Source: Baekduia sp.
Lineage (GTDB): Bacteria; Actinomycetota; Thermoleophilia; Solirubrobacterales; Solirubrobacteraceae
Direction: 5' to 3'
Assembly: GCA_036009425.1 (NCBI GenBank)
Contig: DASYLT010000203.1
Location: 2,144-66,143 of the forward strand
DNA length: 64,000 bases
In this document: positions 38,403 to 48,345 of the stretch, piece after piece
Numbering within the stretch: position 1 is the first letter of the stretch
Layout: each line of letters opens with the position of its first letter
Made by a program: the position numbers and the translations under genes
The notes under the pieces: generated by a model
What the model saw: the letters and a program-made list of their open reading frames with translations, nothing else
Told to the model about the DNA's origin: nothing
Databases searched by the model: none

Positions 38403-38989
38403 GTGAAGCCCTTGGTGCTGCGCAGCACGGGGCGCCAGCGGGGGCCCTTGGCGCCGGTGGGATCGCCGGCCGCGCTGGTGTCGAGCCGCAGGCCCGCGAT
38501 GGTCGCGAACGCGTGGCCGGGGTTCGTGAAGACGGTGATCCACGTGCCGGGGCCCTTGGCGCCCCACTTCATGAACGAGCCGGAGTCCAGCGGGCTCGTC
38601 AGCAGGCTCCCGCCGTGCAGGGCGTAGGAGACAGTGCCGGAGCAGTCGTAGCCCCGCGAGAGGAACTTCGCGTTGTGCCCGCCGCCGTAGATGTACGGCT
38701 TGCCGACGATCTCGTTGGCCGCCGCGATGGCGTCCTTGACCTCCTGCGGGGCCGTCGCGGGTGCCGCGGCGTAGCCGTTGGGCAGGAGCGTCGCGGTCTG
38801 CTCGGGCGTCAGCTGCGTGGTCGCCGGGTTGGGCTCGCCGTAGGCGGCGCCGCCCGTGGGGACCGCCGGAGCGGCCGGGACCGGTGCCGCAGTGCTTGGA
38901 TCTGTGCCGCCGGTCGTCGTCTGCGCCATCGCCGCAGGAGCGGCGACCAGCGATGCGACGATCGTCAGCACAAGGGCAGATGCCCGCAA
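38378..38989 (-). CDS. Secreted NlpC/P60 (C40) peptidoglycan hydrolase
   Basis: Signal peptide; PYIYGGGH, YDCSG, GHAF. Confidence 0.88.
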   Translation of the reverse strand: MRASALVLTIVASLVAAPAAMAQTTTGGTDPSTAAPVPAAPAVPTGGAAYGEPNPATTQLTPEQTATLLPNGYAAAPATAPQEVKDAIAAANEIVGKPYIYGGGHNAKFLSRGYDCSGTVSYALHGGSLLTSPLDSGSFMKWGAKGPGTWITVFTNPGHAFATIAGLRLDTSAAGDPTGAKGPRWRPVLRSTKGFTARHPDGL

Positions 38990-39002
38990 GGTCGATTCCT
39001 CT

Positions 39003-39138
39003 TTCGTCGGCCTACGGGGTTAGCTGACGGGCTAGCGCGGAAAGAGCCTGCGCTTCGCGTGGAGAACCACGCAATTCGCCCCACACAACTTGGGTCCCCC
39101 GCCCACTGGCTCCTCACCAGCGGTTCGGCGTGGTCGGC
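39003..39138 (-). promoter_or_regulatory. c-di-AMP (ydaO/yuaA) riboswitch
   Basis: Minus strand reads CGCCGAACC...GGGGGACCCA...GGGGCGAAT...CCCGTCAGCTAACCCCGTAGGC, directly upstream of a cell-wall hydrolase. Confidence 0.9.
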
Positions 39139-39317
39139 AACCTACACGAATGGGCGCAAAGATGCACATCGGCGTCCCGCATGTGGGGTTGCAGCCCTGT
39201 GGTCGGCCGACCAGAGCCCGAACCGGAGGTCGCCGGTTCGCGAACGGACACATCGCCGATGGGCCCGCTGAGCCGGATCGCCGCGTGCCGGCGGGTCCAG
39301 CCCCTAGCCTCCCGGCC

Positions 39318-40517
39318 ATGCGTGCCCCCCGCTCCACCGCCGCGGCGCTGCTCGCGCTCGCCGTCGTCGCGGCCGGGTGCGGTCGCGGCGGCAACTCCAC
39401 CACGACGACCGCCGCGCAGCCCGCCCTCGGCGCCAAGGGCACCGCGACGACGGCTTCCTCGGACCTCGGGTTCCCGGCCTTCGCGACGAAGAACACCACG
39501 CGCGTGGGCGGCGCCGACCCGATCGCCGACGCCGCCGCCGTGGCGCGCGCCGTCTACTCGGGCTCCTCGCGCGTGACGCGCCCGCACGCGGTCGTCCTGG
39601 CCGACAGCCGCGACTGGCGCATCGGCCTGGCCGCGTCGGTGCTCATGAGCTCGCCGATTCGCGCGCCCCTGCTCTACGGCGACGGCCCCAAGGATCTGCC
39701 CGCCGCGACCAAGAGCGCGCTGGCCGCGCTGGCGCCCACGGGCTCCAAGGAGGCCGGCGGCGCGCAGGTCGTGCGCGTCGGCGACGTGCCCGAGCTCGAC
39801 GGCCTGCGTACGACCGACCTGCGCGGAGCGGACGCGTTCGCCATCGCCCGGGCGATCGACGCGTTCCAGGCCGCCGCGCGCGGGACGACGAGCGACCGCG
39901 TCGTCGTCGTGCCGGCCCAGGCGCCGGAGTACGCGATGCCCGCCGCCGCCTGGGCGGCCAAGGCCGGCGACCCGATCCTCTTCACCAACAAGGACGACGT
40001 CCCGCGCGACACGCGCGCGGCGATCGCGGCCCACCAGCAGCCCAAGATCTACGTCCTCGGGCCGCCGAGCGCCGTCTCCGACAAGGCGCTGACGCAGCTG
40101 CGCCGCCTGGGCACCGTCACCCGCATCTCCGGCGCCGACCCGGCCGCGAGCTCGGTCGCGTTCGCCCGGTTCGTGGACGGCAACTTCGGCTGGGGCGTCG
40201 TCGATCCGGGCCACGGGTTCGTCTTCGCCAACACCAAGCGCCCGGGCGACGCGGCCGCCGCCGCGCCCCTGTCGGCCAGCGGCACGTACGGCCCGCTGCT
40301 GGTGACCGACGACGCGGCGACGCTCCCTCCGGCGCTGAACGGCTACCTCCTGGACGTTCAGCCCGGCTACACCCGCGATCCGGTACGCGGCGTCTACAAT
40401 CACGGCTGGATCGTCGGCGACGAAGGCGCCCTCTCAGTGGACGCCCAGTCGCGCATCGACGCTCTCCTCGAGATCGTCCCCGTCAACGAGCGCGCGAGCA
40501 CGTCACCCACACCATGA
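39318..40517 (+). CDS. Lipoprotein with cell-wall-binding repeat 2-like domains
   Basis: Lipobox AAGC; RVGGAD/RISGAD and PILF, YVLGP..AVS repeats. Confidence 0.8.
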   Translation: MRAPRSTAAALLALAVVAAGCGRGGNSTTTTAAQPALGAKGTATTASSDLGFPAFATKNTTRVGGADPIADAAAVARAVYSGSSRVTRPHAVVLADSRDWRIGLAASVLMSSPIRAPLLYGDGPKDLPAATKSALAALAPTGSKEAGGAQVVRVGDVPELDGLRTTDLRGADAFAIARAIDAFQAAARGTTSDRVVVVPAQAPEYAMPAAAWAAKAGDPILFTNKDDVPRDTRAAIAAHQQPKIYVLGPPSAVSDKALTQLRRLGTVTRISGADPAASSVAFARFVDGNFGWGVVDPGHGFVFANTKRPGDAAAAAPLSASGTYGPLLVTDDAATLPPALNGYLLDVQPGYTRDPVRGVYNHGWIVGDEGALSVDAQSRIDALLEIVPVNERASTSPTP

Positions 40518-40840
40518 GCCAGGCCGAGAACCCCGAGCGCCTCCAGCGCAAGGTCACCGTCGACGACGTCCGCCAGCTCATGGGCGCGTCCACGCCGCAC
40601 TTCGCGCTGCAGCTGCGCAACCGCATCGCCCGCCTGATCAGCGACCTGCCCAAGGACGACCCGGCGCGGGTCATCGGCGAGCAGGAGATCTGGCGGCTCA
40701 CCGCGCTGGGCGTCACCGGCGAGGTCCGCGGCCACCACGCGGAGCCCGGCATGAAGCCGCTGCCGTCGGTCAGCGATCCGTCCGCCCAGATCGGCGGCCC
40801 GGGCTCCGAGGAGCCCGAGCCGCACACGACGGCCGCGTAG
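40514..40840 (+). CDS. Hypothetical protein
   Basis: MSQAENPERL...; ATGA overlap, high GC3. Confidence 0.75.
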   Translation: MSQAENPERLQRKVTVDDVRQLMGASTPHFALQLRNRIARLISDLPKDDPARVIGEQEIWRLTALGVTGEVRGHHAEPGMKPLPSVSDPSAQIGGPGSEEPEPHTTAA

Positions 40841-40843
40841 CGC

Positions 40844-41626
40844 GTGCGGGCGGCGCGCGACGCAGCGCTGCCCGGCGCGGTGGCTCGCGCGCTCCCGCTG
40901 CTGGATCCCGCCGTGCGCCCCGCCGAGCCCGACGTCGTCCACGGCTACCTCGACCTGCTCGACGGATCGGCCGGCGCTGCGCCCGGCCGGGCGCAGCGCC
41001 TGATGCTCTCGCGCGCGCTGCCCGCGGTCTATGACCGCTGGTGGCGCCCCGCCTGGGGCCGCGTGCTGAAGGGCCCGCTCGGCGGCGGCATGCGCGACGA
41101 GCACCGGATCGCCCGGCTGCTGCTGGGCTTGACGCCGGGCGACGGCGTGCTCGACGTGGCCTGCGGCCCCGGGAGCTTCACCCGCGAGTTCGCCCACGTC
41201 GTCGGCGAGGGCGGCCTCGCGGTCGGGATCGACGTGTCGGCGACGATGCTCGCGCGCGCCGTGGCCGACACCGAGCCCGGGACGGTCGCCTACGTCCGCG
41301 GCGACGCCGTCGCGCTGCCGTTTCGCGACGCGAGCTTCGACGCCGTGTGCTGCTTCGCCGCACTGCACCTCTTCGCTCATCCCGACACGGCGCTGGACCA
41401 CATGACGCGCGTGCTGACGCCCGGCGGCCGGATCGCGATCCTCACCAGCTGCCGCCTGCGGTCGGCGCCGGGGCGTGTCGCCGGCGAGCTGGCCGGAGCC
41501 CAGAGCGGCATGCGCGTCTTCGGTCCCGACGAGATCGTCGAGGGACTCGAGCGACGTGGCTACGCCGAGGTCCGCCAGCGCGTCGCGGGGCTCGCCCAGT
41601 TCGTCGGCGGGCGCCTCGCAGCCTGA
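40844..41626 (+). CDS. Class I SAM-dependent methyltransferase
   Basis: VLDVACGPG, RGDAVALPF..FDAV, LTPGGR. Confidence 0.9.
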   Translation: MRAARDAALPGAVARALPLLDPAVRPAEPDVVHGYLDLLDGSAGAAPGRAQRLMLSRALPAVYDRWWRPAWGRVLKGPLGGGMRDEHRIARLLLGLTPGDGVLDVACGPGSFTREFAHVVGEGGLAVGIDVSATMLARAVADTEPGTVAYVRGDAVALPFRDASFDAVCCFAALHLFAHPDTALDHMTRVLTPGGRIAILTSCRLRSAPGRVAGELAGAQSGMRVFGPDEIVEGLERRGYAEVRQRVAGLAQFVGGRLAA

Positions 41627-41678
41627 CCGGCCGGCGGCCCGTGAGCCGCCCGGCGCCGCGGTTACCCTGAGGCGCTCG

Positions 41679-42713
41679 ATGCGTGCCGGAGTGTTTCTCG
41701 CCTATTGGCCGTGGTTCTCGCCTGCCGAGCAGGTCGAGCTCGCCGTGCTGGCCGACGGGCTGGGCCTGGACTCCGTGTGGGTCGCCGAGGCGTGGGGGCA
41801 GGACGCGGTCTCGGTGCTGGGCCTGCTGGCCGGTCGCACGCAGCGGGTCGGCCTCGGCTCGGGCCTGCTGCAGATCCCGGCCCGCAAGCCGACCGCGACC
41901 GCCATGGCCGCCGCGACGCTCGACGTGCTCAGCGACGGCCGGTTCCGGCTCGGCCTCGGGCTGTCGGGCCCGCAGGTCAGCGAGGGGTGGTACGGCGTGC
42001 CGTTCACGCGGAACCTCGCCCGCACGCGCGAGTACGTCGACGTGGTGCGCCGCACGCTGGCGCGCGAGCCCATCCAGCTCCCGCTCGAGGGCGGCGACGA
42101 TCCCGACCACCCGCCGACCGGCCTCGGCAAGCCGCTGAAGCTCCTGACGCGGCCGATCCAGGATCCGCTGCCGATCTACCTCGGGGCGATCGGCCCGCGG
42201 GCGGTGCGCCAGGCCGGGGCGATCGCCGACGGCTGGCTGCCGTTCCTCCTGAACCCCGCCGAGCCCGAGGTGCTCATGGGCCCGCTGCGAGAGGGCGCGC
42301 AGGAGGCCGGCCGGTCACTGGCCGACATCGACGTGGCGCCGGTCGTGCCGGTCGCGATCGACGAGGACCTGGCGGCGGCGCGCGACGCGGTGCGCCCGTG
42401 GCTGGCCTTCTACCTCGGGGCGATGGGCGCCAAGGAGAAGAACTTCTACGTCGAGCTGGCCGAGCGCCACGGCCACGGCGCCTCGGCGCGCACCGTCCAG
42501 GACCTGATGCTCGGCGGCGACCGCGCGGGAGCGGCCGCCGCCGTGACCGACGCGCTGGTCGACGCGGGCGCGATCGCCACGACGCCGTCCGGCCTCGACG
42601 AGCGGCTGGCGACCTACGAGCGCGCCGGTGTCACGACCCTGGTCGCGGTGCCCTGCGGCGAGGACCGGGCCGGCGTGGTGCGCGCCCTGGCGGCGGCGAC
42701 GGTGACCCTATGA
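41679..42713 (+). CDS. LLM-class (probably F420-dependent) oxidoreductase
   Basis: VWVAEAWGQDA, LGLGLSGPQVSEGWYG, ADGW. Confidence 0.9.
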   Translation: MRAGVFLAYWPWFSPAEQVELAVLADGLGLDSVWVAEAWGQDAVSVLGLLAGRTQRVGLGSGLLQIPARKPTATAMAAATLDVLSDGRFRLGLGLSGPQVSEGWYGVPFTRNLARTREYVDVVRRTLAREPIQLPLEGGDDPDHPPTGLGKPLKLLTRPIQDPLPIYLGAIGPRAVRQAGAIADGWLPFLLNPAEPEVLMGPLREGAQEAGRSLADIDVAPVVPVAIDEDLAAARDAVRPWLAFYLGAMGAKEKNFYVELAERHGHGASARTVQDLMLGGDRAGAAAAVTDALVDAGAIATTPSGLDERLATYERAGVTTLVAVPCGEDRAGVVRALAAATVTL

Positions 42714-44050
42714 GCGTTCAGCCCCGCCCCGACGGCATCGCGGGCTCTTCGCTGGCCGGCCCGTTCCCGGTCGGCGCGTACGCCGAGAAGCTGCGCGACG
42801 AGCTGCGCAAGCGCGCCCGGGTCCAGCTCTTCGGCGAGGTGTGGAACTTCCGCGCGTCCAAGGCCAAGGTCTACTTCGAGCTGCGCGACGGCGACGGCGC
42901 GGTCCCCTGCTCGATGTGGCGCAACGAGTTCGAGCGTCTCGGCTTCACCACCGGCAGCTTCGCCGACGGCGCGTCGGTCGTCGCGGCGGGCGGCCCCGGC
43001 TACTACCCCGGCTCGCGCACCTCGTCGCCGTCCTTCTCCTTCGACGTCACCGGGCTGCGCATCGCCGGCGAGGGCGACCTGCTGGCGCAGATGGAGGCGC
43101 TGCGGCGCGCGCTGGGTGCCGCCGGCCTGTTCGAGCCGCAGAAGGCGCTGGCGCGGCCCGAGCTGCCGCGCTGCATCGGCGTCGTGACCGGCGAGGGCGG
43201 CAAGGCGCGCGATGACGTGCTCGCCGGGCTGCGCCGCCGCGGCTGGGCGGGCCGCCTGGTGTGGGCGTTCGCCCCGGTCCAGGATCGCCACGCCGCTCCA
43301 CGCATCACCCAGGCCCTGCAGGACCTCGCCGCGATCGAGGAGGTCGAGGTCGTCATCGTCGCCCGCGGCGGCGGGTCGCTGGCCGACCTCTTCGCGTTCT
43401 GCGACGAGACGCTGTGCCGGACGGTGGCGCTGCTGCGCGTGCCGGTCATCGCGTCGGTCGGCCACCACACCGACCGGACGCTGATCGACGACGTCGCGGC
43501 CGTCAGCTGCTCGACGCCCACGCACGCCGCGGAGTCCGCGGTGCCGTGCCACCCGATCGAGGCGCGGGAGGCGCTGGCACGCTGCGCGGCGGCGCTGGAG
43601 GCACATGGGCGCCGGGCGGTCGTGGGACGCGCGCGGCACCTGGCCCAGCTGTCGCGGGCGCCGGCCCAGGCCATCGAGCGCCATCGGCTCGCCCTGCACC
43701 AGCGACTGCGCGAGCTGCGCGCGAGCGCACGGCGGCGCGTCGACGACGACCGCGAGCGCGTGCAGCGCCGCGCGCTCGCCCTGTCGCGCAAGGCCACCGC
43801 GGCGGGCGGGCCCGAGGACCGCACACGGCGCACGGCGCTGGAGTCGCTGGCCAGCGCGCTGGCGGCGCACGACCCGGAGCGGACGGTGGCGCGCGGCTAC
43901 GCGATCGTCGACGACGGCGCCGGCAACGTCGTCACGTCGGCGGCGCAGGCGCTGGAGCTGGGCGACGTGCGCCTGTTCTTCGGCGACGGCGACGTCGGCG
44001 CGCACATCGAGGACACCAAGGACATCAAGAACCCCGAGGAGGGCGCGTGA
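42710..44050 (+). CDS. xseA: Exodeoxyribonuclease VII large subunit
   Basis: GEVWN, YFELRD, IGVVT, ARGGGS..DL, SVGH..D, TPT.AAE, RGYAI. Confidence 0.93.
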   Translation: MSVQPRPDGIAGSSLAGPFPVGAYAEKLRDELRKRARVQLFGEVWNFRASKAKVYFELRDGDGAVPCSMWRNEFERLGFTTGSFADGASVVAAGGPGYYPGSRTSSPSFSFDVTGLRIAGEGDLLAQMEALRRALGAAGLFEPQKALARPELPRCIGVVTGEGGKARDDVLAGLRRRGWAGRLVWAFAPVQDRHAAPRITQALQDLAAIEEVEVVIVARGGGSLADLFAFCDETLCRTVALLRVPVIASVGHHTDRTLIDDVAAVSCSTPTHAAESAVPCHPIEAREALARCAAALEAHGRRAVVGRARHLAQLSRAPAQAIERHRLALHQRLRELRASARRRVDDDRERVQRRALALSRKATAAGGPEDRTRRTALESLASALAAHDPERTVARGYAIVDDGAGNVVTSAAQALELGDVRLFFGDGDVGAHIEDTKDIKNPEEGA

Positions 44051-44304
44051 GCACCCAGACCTACGAGGCCGCCACCGGGCGGCTCGAAGCGATCATCAAG
44101 CGGCTGGACTCCGGGGAGGCGGGCCTGCGCGAGACGCTGGACCTCTGCCAGGAGGGACGGGTGCTCGTGGAGTTCTGCGCCGGCGAGCTGGACGCGGTCG
44201 GTCGCGGGCTCGAGGAGCTGCGCCTCGACGAGCTCGTCGCGCGGCTGGAGCAGCGCCCCGGCGGGGCCGCCACCGTGCCCGACGCGGCGGCGCCGCCGTC
44301 GTGA
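44047..44304 (+). CDS. xseB: Exodeoxyribonuclease VII small subunit
   Basis: TYEAA..RLEAII.RLDSGE..L.E.L...EG; follows xseA. Confidence 0.9.
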   Translation: MSTQTYEAATGRLEAIIKRLDSGEAGLRETLDLCQEGRVLVEFCAGELDAVGRGLEELRLDELVARLEQRPGGAATVPDAAAPPS

Positions 44305-45356
44305 GCGCGCTCTGGGAGCGCGTCTCGGGGCTGCCGCTGGAGATCGAGGACTACGCGCTGGAGCGCCTGGAGCGCGACGTGTCCTCGGACTTCACGCGCG
44401 TCTCCACGGTGCTGCGGTTCCGCGGCGGCGACGGCCACGAGGGACTGGGCGAGGACGTCTCCTACGACGCGGAGGACCAGGCCGCCCTGCAGACCGCCGG
44501 GCCCGTCCTGCCGCTGGCCGGATCCTGGACGCTCGAGTCGTTCTGCGACCACCTCGCCACGCTGGATCTGTGGCCTGAGCCGGCGCGCCACGACGCGTCG
44601 CGCCAGTACCGCGTGTGGGCCTATGAGTCCGCGGCGCTGGACCTCGCGCTGCGCCAGGCGGGCGTGCCGCTGCACGAGGCGCTCGGTCGCACGCTCTCGC
44701 CGGTGCGCTTCGTCGTCTCGCTGCGCCTCGGGGAGCCGGCGACCATGGCGCCGATCCGCGCGCGCCTCGATCGCTACCCCGACCTGCGCTTCAAGCTCGA
44801 CCCGACGCCGTCGTGGGACGACGCGCTGGTCGCGGAGCTGGTCCAGACCGGCGCCGTCGACAGCGTCGACCTCAAGGGGCTGTACGTCGGGTCGGTCGTC
44901 GACAACCCGCCCGACCCGGTGCTCTACCGGCGCGTCGCCGAGGCCTTCCCCGACGCGTGGATCGAGGACCCGGCGATCACCGACGACACATGGCCCGTGC
45001 TGGAGCCCCACCAGGACCGCATCACGTGGGACGCGAACATCCACAGCGTCGACGACATCGTCGGGCTGCCGTTCGCGCCGAAGATGGTCAACGTCAAGCC
45101 CTCGCGCCTCGGCGGCCTGCGCCCGCTGTTGGCCGCCTACGAGTACTGCGAGCAGCACGGGATCCGCATGTACGGCGGCGGCCAGTTCGAGCTCGGCGTC
45201 GGTCGCGGGCAGATCCAGCACCTGGCGTCGCTGTTTCATCCGGACGGGCCCAACGACACCGCTCCCGGCGGCTACAACGCGGTCACGCCGGACGGCGGGC
45301 TGCCCGAGAGTCCACTGCCCGTGGCGGCGAGCACGACGGGCTTTCGCTGGGGCTAG
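44301..45356 (+). CDS. Enolase-superfamily-like protein of unknown function
   Basis: GLGE, ESAALDL, FKLD, WIEDP, WDAN, NVKPSRLGG. Confidence 0.75.
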   Translation: MSALWERVSGLPLEIEDYALERLERDVSSDFTRVSTVLRFRGGDGHEGLGEDVSYDAEDQAALQTAGPVLPLAGSWTLESFCDHLATLDLWPEPARHDASRQYRVWAYESAALDLALRQAGVPLHEALGRTLSPVRFVVSLRLGEPATMAPIRARLDRYPDLRFKLDPTPSWDDALVAELVQTGAVDSVDLKGLYVGSVVDNPPDPVLYRRVAEAFPDAWIEDPAITDDTWPVLEPHQDRITWDANIHSVDDIVGLPFAPKMVNVKPSRLGGLRPLLAAYEYCEQHGIRMYGGGQFELGVGRGQIQHLASLFHPDGPNDTAPGGYNAVTPDGGLPESPLPVAASTTGFRWG

Positions 45357-45403
45357 CGACCCCTCGACCGCAAGATCGAACGGCTGCGCGCGTTGGAGCC
45401 ACC

Positions 45404-47137
45404 ATGCGCGCCCGCTCGCTTCCTGCTCTCGCCGCCATCGCGATCGCCGGCGTCGTGGTGCCGGCCACGGCCGCCCGCGCCGCCGACGTCCCGCCTGGCG
45501 CCACCTGGACGCAGGAGACGATCACGGAGGCCGACGGCACCCGGCTGCACGCCGATGTCCTGCGGCCGTCCGATCTCCCGGCGGGCACGCGGACCCCGGT
45601 GATCCTGTCGATCGGCCCGTACTTCAACCACGCCGGCCAGACCGGCCCCGCCGGTCCCGCGGAGGGCACGAGCTACGACCCGGTCGGCCCGTCCACCGGT
45701 CCGAGCGACCGCTTCCTGGACTTCGTCGAGGGCGCGCGGCTCATGCAGCGCGGCTACACCTTCGTGATGGTCGACCTGCGCGGCTTCGGCGGCTCGTCGG
45801 GCTGCCTGGACTGGGGCGGCCCGGGCGAGCAGGCCGACGTCAAGGCGGCGGTCGAGTGGGCCGCGGCACGGCCGTGGTCGACCGGCCGCGTCGGGATGTA
45901 CGGCAAGTCCTATGACGCGATGACCGGGCTCATCGGCGCCGTGTCGGAGCCGCAGGGCCTCGCCGCCGTGGTCGCCCAGGAGCCGGTCTACGACCTGTAC
46001 CGCTACCTCTACAGCGATGGCATCCGCTATGAGAACTCCGTCGCGACGCCCGCCCTCTACGACCTGATCGCCGACACGCCCGGGCCGCTGGCCGACGACC
46101 CCTCCTACAACGCCGCGGGGATGGACGACCTCGCCCGGCCCGGCTGCTCGGCGCTGAACTACCTCGACCAGCAGGACAGCAACCACGACGCCGCCTACTG
46201 GAAGGCGCGCAACCTGATCCCGCGCGCGGCGCAGACCGACGTCCCGGTCTTCCTCACCCAGGGCTTCCTGGAGAACAACACCAAGCCCGACGGCGCGTTC
46301 GACTTCTACAACAACCTTGCCGGCCCCAAGCGCGCCTGGTTCGGCATGTGGGACCACGTGCGCGGCAACGACGTCGACGCGACCGGCCGCCTGAAGATGG
46401 GCCGGCCCGGCTGGTTCGACGAGACCATGCGGTGGTTCGACCACTACGTCAAGGGCGACGCCGGCGTCGCCGTCGACGCCGATCCGCCCGTCGAGGTCCA
46501 GACTTCCGACGGCACCTGGCGCGGCGAGCAGGCCTGGCCGCCGGCCGACGCCACACCGCTCACCGCCGGGCTCAAGGCAGGGTCCTACCGCGACGACGCC
46601 ACCAACAACGGCTCGCAGGACGGTGCGCTGACCAGCACCAGCGGCGAGGGGTCGTGGACGTTCTCGCCGCCGCTGGCCCACGCCGCGCACCTCGCGGGCC
46701 TGTCGCGGGTCCACGTCGAGCTCGGCGGCCTCCTGCTGCCCCACGCCAACCTCGTGGCCGACCTCTACGACGTGGCGCCGGACGGCACCGCGACCCTGAT
46801 CGCGCGCGACGGGCGCCTCGCCGACCGCAACGGCGGCTACGACCTCCAGCTCTACGGCCAGGACTGGCGCTTCGGCGCCGGCCACCGCGTCGGGGTGCTC
46901 GTCACCGGCGCCAACGCCGAGTGGTGGCTGAACGCCCCCACGCTGCAGACGATCACGGTCAAGTCGGGGACCATCGCGCTGCCGTGGCTGGCGCGGGAGC
47001 GGGCCTCCGACCTCGCGGGCAGCCGTGCCGTGCGCCTCGACGAGTACCTCGCCGCCGCGCCGTTCACCGTCAGCGCCGCCACGATCGCCGCCAACTCCTC
47101 GCCCGGCTTCGCGCTCCCGCCCGCGCAGACGCCGTAG
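45404..47137 (+). CDS. Secreted CocE/NonD (S15) family hydrolase
   Basis: Signal peptide; VDLRGFGGSSG, GMYGKSYDA nucleophile. Confidence 0.9.
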   Translation: MRARSLPALAAIAIAGVVVPATAARAADVPPGATWTQETITEADGTRLHADVLRPSDLPAGTRTPVILSIGPYFNHAGQTGPAGPAEGTSYDPVGPSTGPSDRFLDFVEGARLMQRGYTFVMVDLRGFGGSSGCLDWGGPGEQADVKAAVEWAAARPWSTGRVGMYGKSYDAMTGLIGAVSEPQGLAAVVAQEPVYDLYRYLYSDGIRYENSVATPALYDLIADTPGPLADDPSYNAAGMDDLARPGCSALNYLDQQDSNHDAAYWKARNLIPRAAQTDVPVFLTQGFLENNTKPDGAFDFYNNLAGPKRAWFGMWDHVRGNDVDATGRLKMGRPGWFDETMRWFDHYVKGDAGVAVDADPPVEVQTSDGTWRGEQAWPPADATPLTAGLKAGSYRDDATNNGSQDGALTSTSGEGSWTFSPPLAHAAHLAGLSRVHVELGGLLLPHANLVADLYDVAPDGTATLIARDGRLADRNGGYDLQLYGQDWRFGAGHRVGVLVTGANAEWWLNAPTLQTITVKSGTIALPWLARERASDLAGSRAVRLDEYLAAAPFTVSAATIAANSSPGFALPPAQTP

Positions 47138-47169
47138 GGCACCAGACCGGCTCTCCAGCCGCGAGCGAT

Positions 47170-47197
47170 GCGGAGCCCGCACCCGTGCGGGCTCCGC
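47170..47197 (+). terminator. GC-rich hairpin terminator
   Basis: GCGGAGCCCGCAC...GTGCGGGCTCCGC inverted repeat downstream of the stop. Confidence 0.6.
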
Positions 47198-47249
47198 CGC
47201 CTCGAGCCCTGACCGCCCGGCAGACCGCATCCCGATAGAACTCCGGCCC

Positions 47250-48047
47250 ATGCACGAGCGTCTTGGGATCGTGGGAAGCGGCGCCATCGCCTGCGGGCTG
47301 GCCGCGGCGGCCGCGCGTCACGGCGAGGTCGTCCTCTGGGCGCGCTCCGAGGCGTCGGCCGATCGCGCCCGGGCGACGGTGGAGCAGGCCTGCGGCCGCC
47401 TCAGCGGCGAGGTCAACGCCGCCCACGTCCGCGTCGGCTGCGACCTCGACGCCCTCGGCGGCGCGACCGCCGTCGTCGAGGCGGTCGTCGAGGACGCCGG
47501 CGCCAAGGCCGAGCTGTGGGCGCAACTGGCCGGCGTCGTCGCCGACGACGCGCTGCTGGGCTCCACGACGTCGTCGCTGTCGGTCCAGGAGCTCGCCGCT
47601 GCCAGCGGCGCGCCGGAGCGCTTCGTCGGCCTGCACGTCTTCAACCCGGTGCCGCGGATGAAGCTCGTCGAGCTCGCGTTCCCCGTCGAGGCGACCGAGA
47701 CCATCCGGGCCCGCGCCGTCGGGCTGTGCGAGGACCTCGGCAAGACCGCGGTGACCGTGCCCGACACGCCGGGCTTCGTCGTCAACCGCCTGCTGTTCCC
47801 CTACCTCTTCTCGGCGGTCGCCTACCAGCAGGAGAGCGGGCTCGACGCCAAAGCCATCGACACCTGCATGCAACTCGGCGCCGGCCATCCGATGGGCCCG
47901 CTGGCGCTGCTGGACTTCGTCGGCCTCGACGTCGCCCAAGCGATCGGCGAGGCGATCGGCGCCGACGTCCCCAAACCGCTGACGGCCCTCGTGGCCGACG
48001 GCGCCCTCGGCCGCAAGAGCGGCCGCGGGTTCTACACCTACGACTGA
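47250..48047 (+). CDS. 3-hydroxyacyl-CoA dehydrogenase
   Basis: GSGAIA, EAVVED, GLHVFNPV, PGFVVNR, HPMGP, GRKSGRGFY. Confidence 0.93.
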   Translation: MHERLGIVGSGAIACGLAAAAARHGEVVLWARSEASADRARATVEQACGRLSGEVNAAHVRVGCDLDALGGATAVVEAVVEDAGAKAELWAQLAGVVADDALLGSTTSSLSVQELAAASGAPERFVGLHVFNPVPRMKLVELAFPVEATETIRARAVGLCEDLGKTAVTVPDTPGFVVNRLLFPYLFSAVAYQQESGLDAKAIDTCMQLGAGHPMGPLALLDFVGLDVAQAIGEAIGADVPKPLTALVADGALGRKSGRGFYTYD

Positions 48048-48054
48048 GAAGGTC

Positions 48055-48160
48055 GGGCGGGCGGGCGGCGCGCGGCGCGCGGCGGGCGGCGCCCGGCGCG
48101 CGGCGGACGGCGGACGGCGGGCGGCGGGCGGCGGGCGGCGGGCGGCGGGCGGCGGGCGGG
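48055..48160. repeat. Degenerate 7-bp tandem repeat (GGCGGGC)n
   Basis: About 15 units of GGCG(G/C)(G/A/C)C read directly. Confidence 0.9.
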
Positions 48161-48161
48161 T

Positions 48162-48345
48162 GGTGACGCCCCGTGCGGCGCTTGGGGAGCGCGCGGTGGC
48201 GCCCCGTGCGGGGCGCTTCGGGAGCGTGTCGTGGCGCCCCGTGCGCGGCGCTCGGGGAGCGCGAGCGTTGGTCCGGGGCAATGACGACGGAGGTTCGAGC
48301 GGGCGCCGGCGCGGTCGGTCGTCCGCCGGCGTGCTGGGGGCGGGT
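48162..48345 (-). repeat. Three ~35-bp tandem units plus diverged copy C of the dispersed repeat
   Basis: GTG(G/A)CGCCCCGTGCG..GCGCT..GGGAGCG x3; reverse complement of 48231-48345 resembles 32425-32543 and 59934-60055. Confidence 0.7.
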
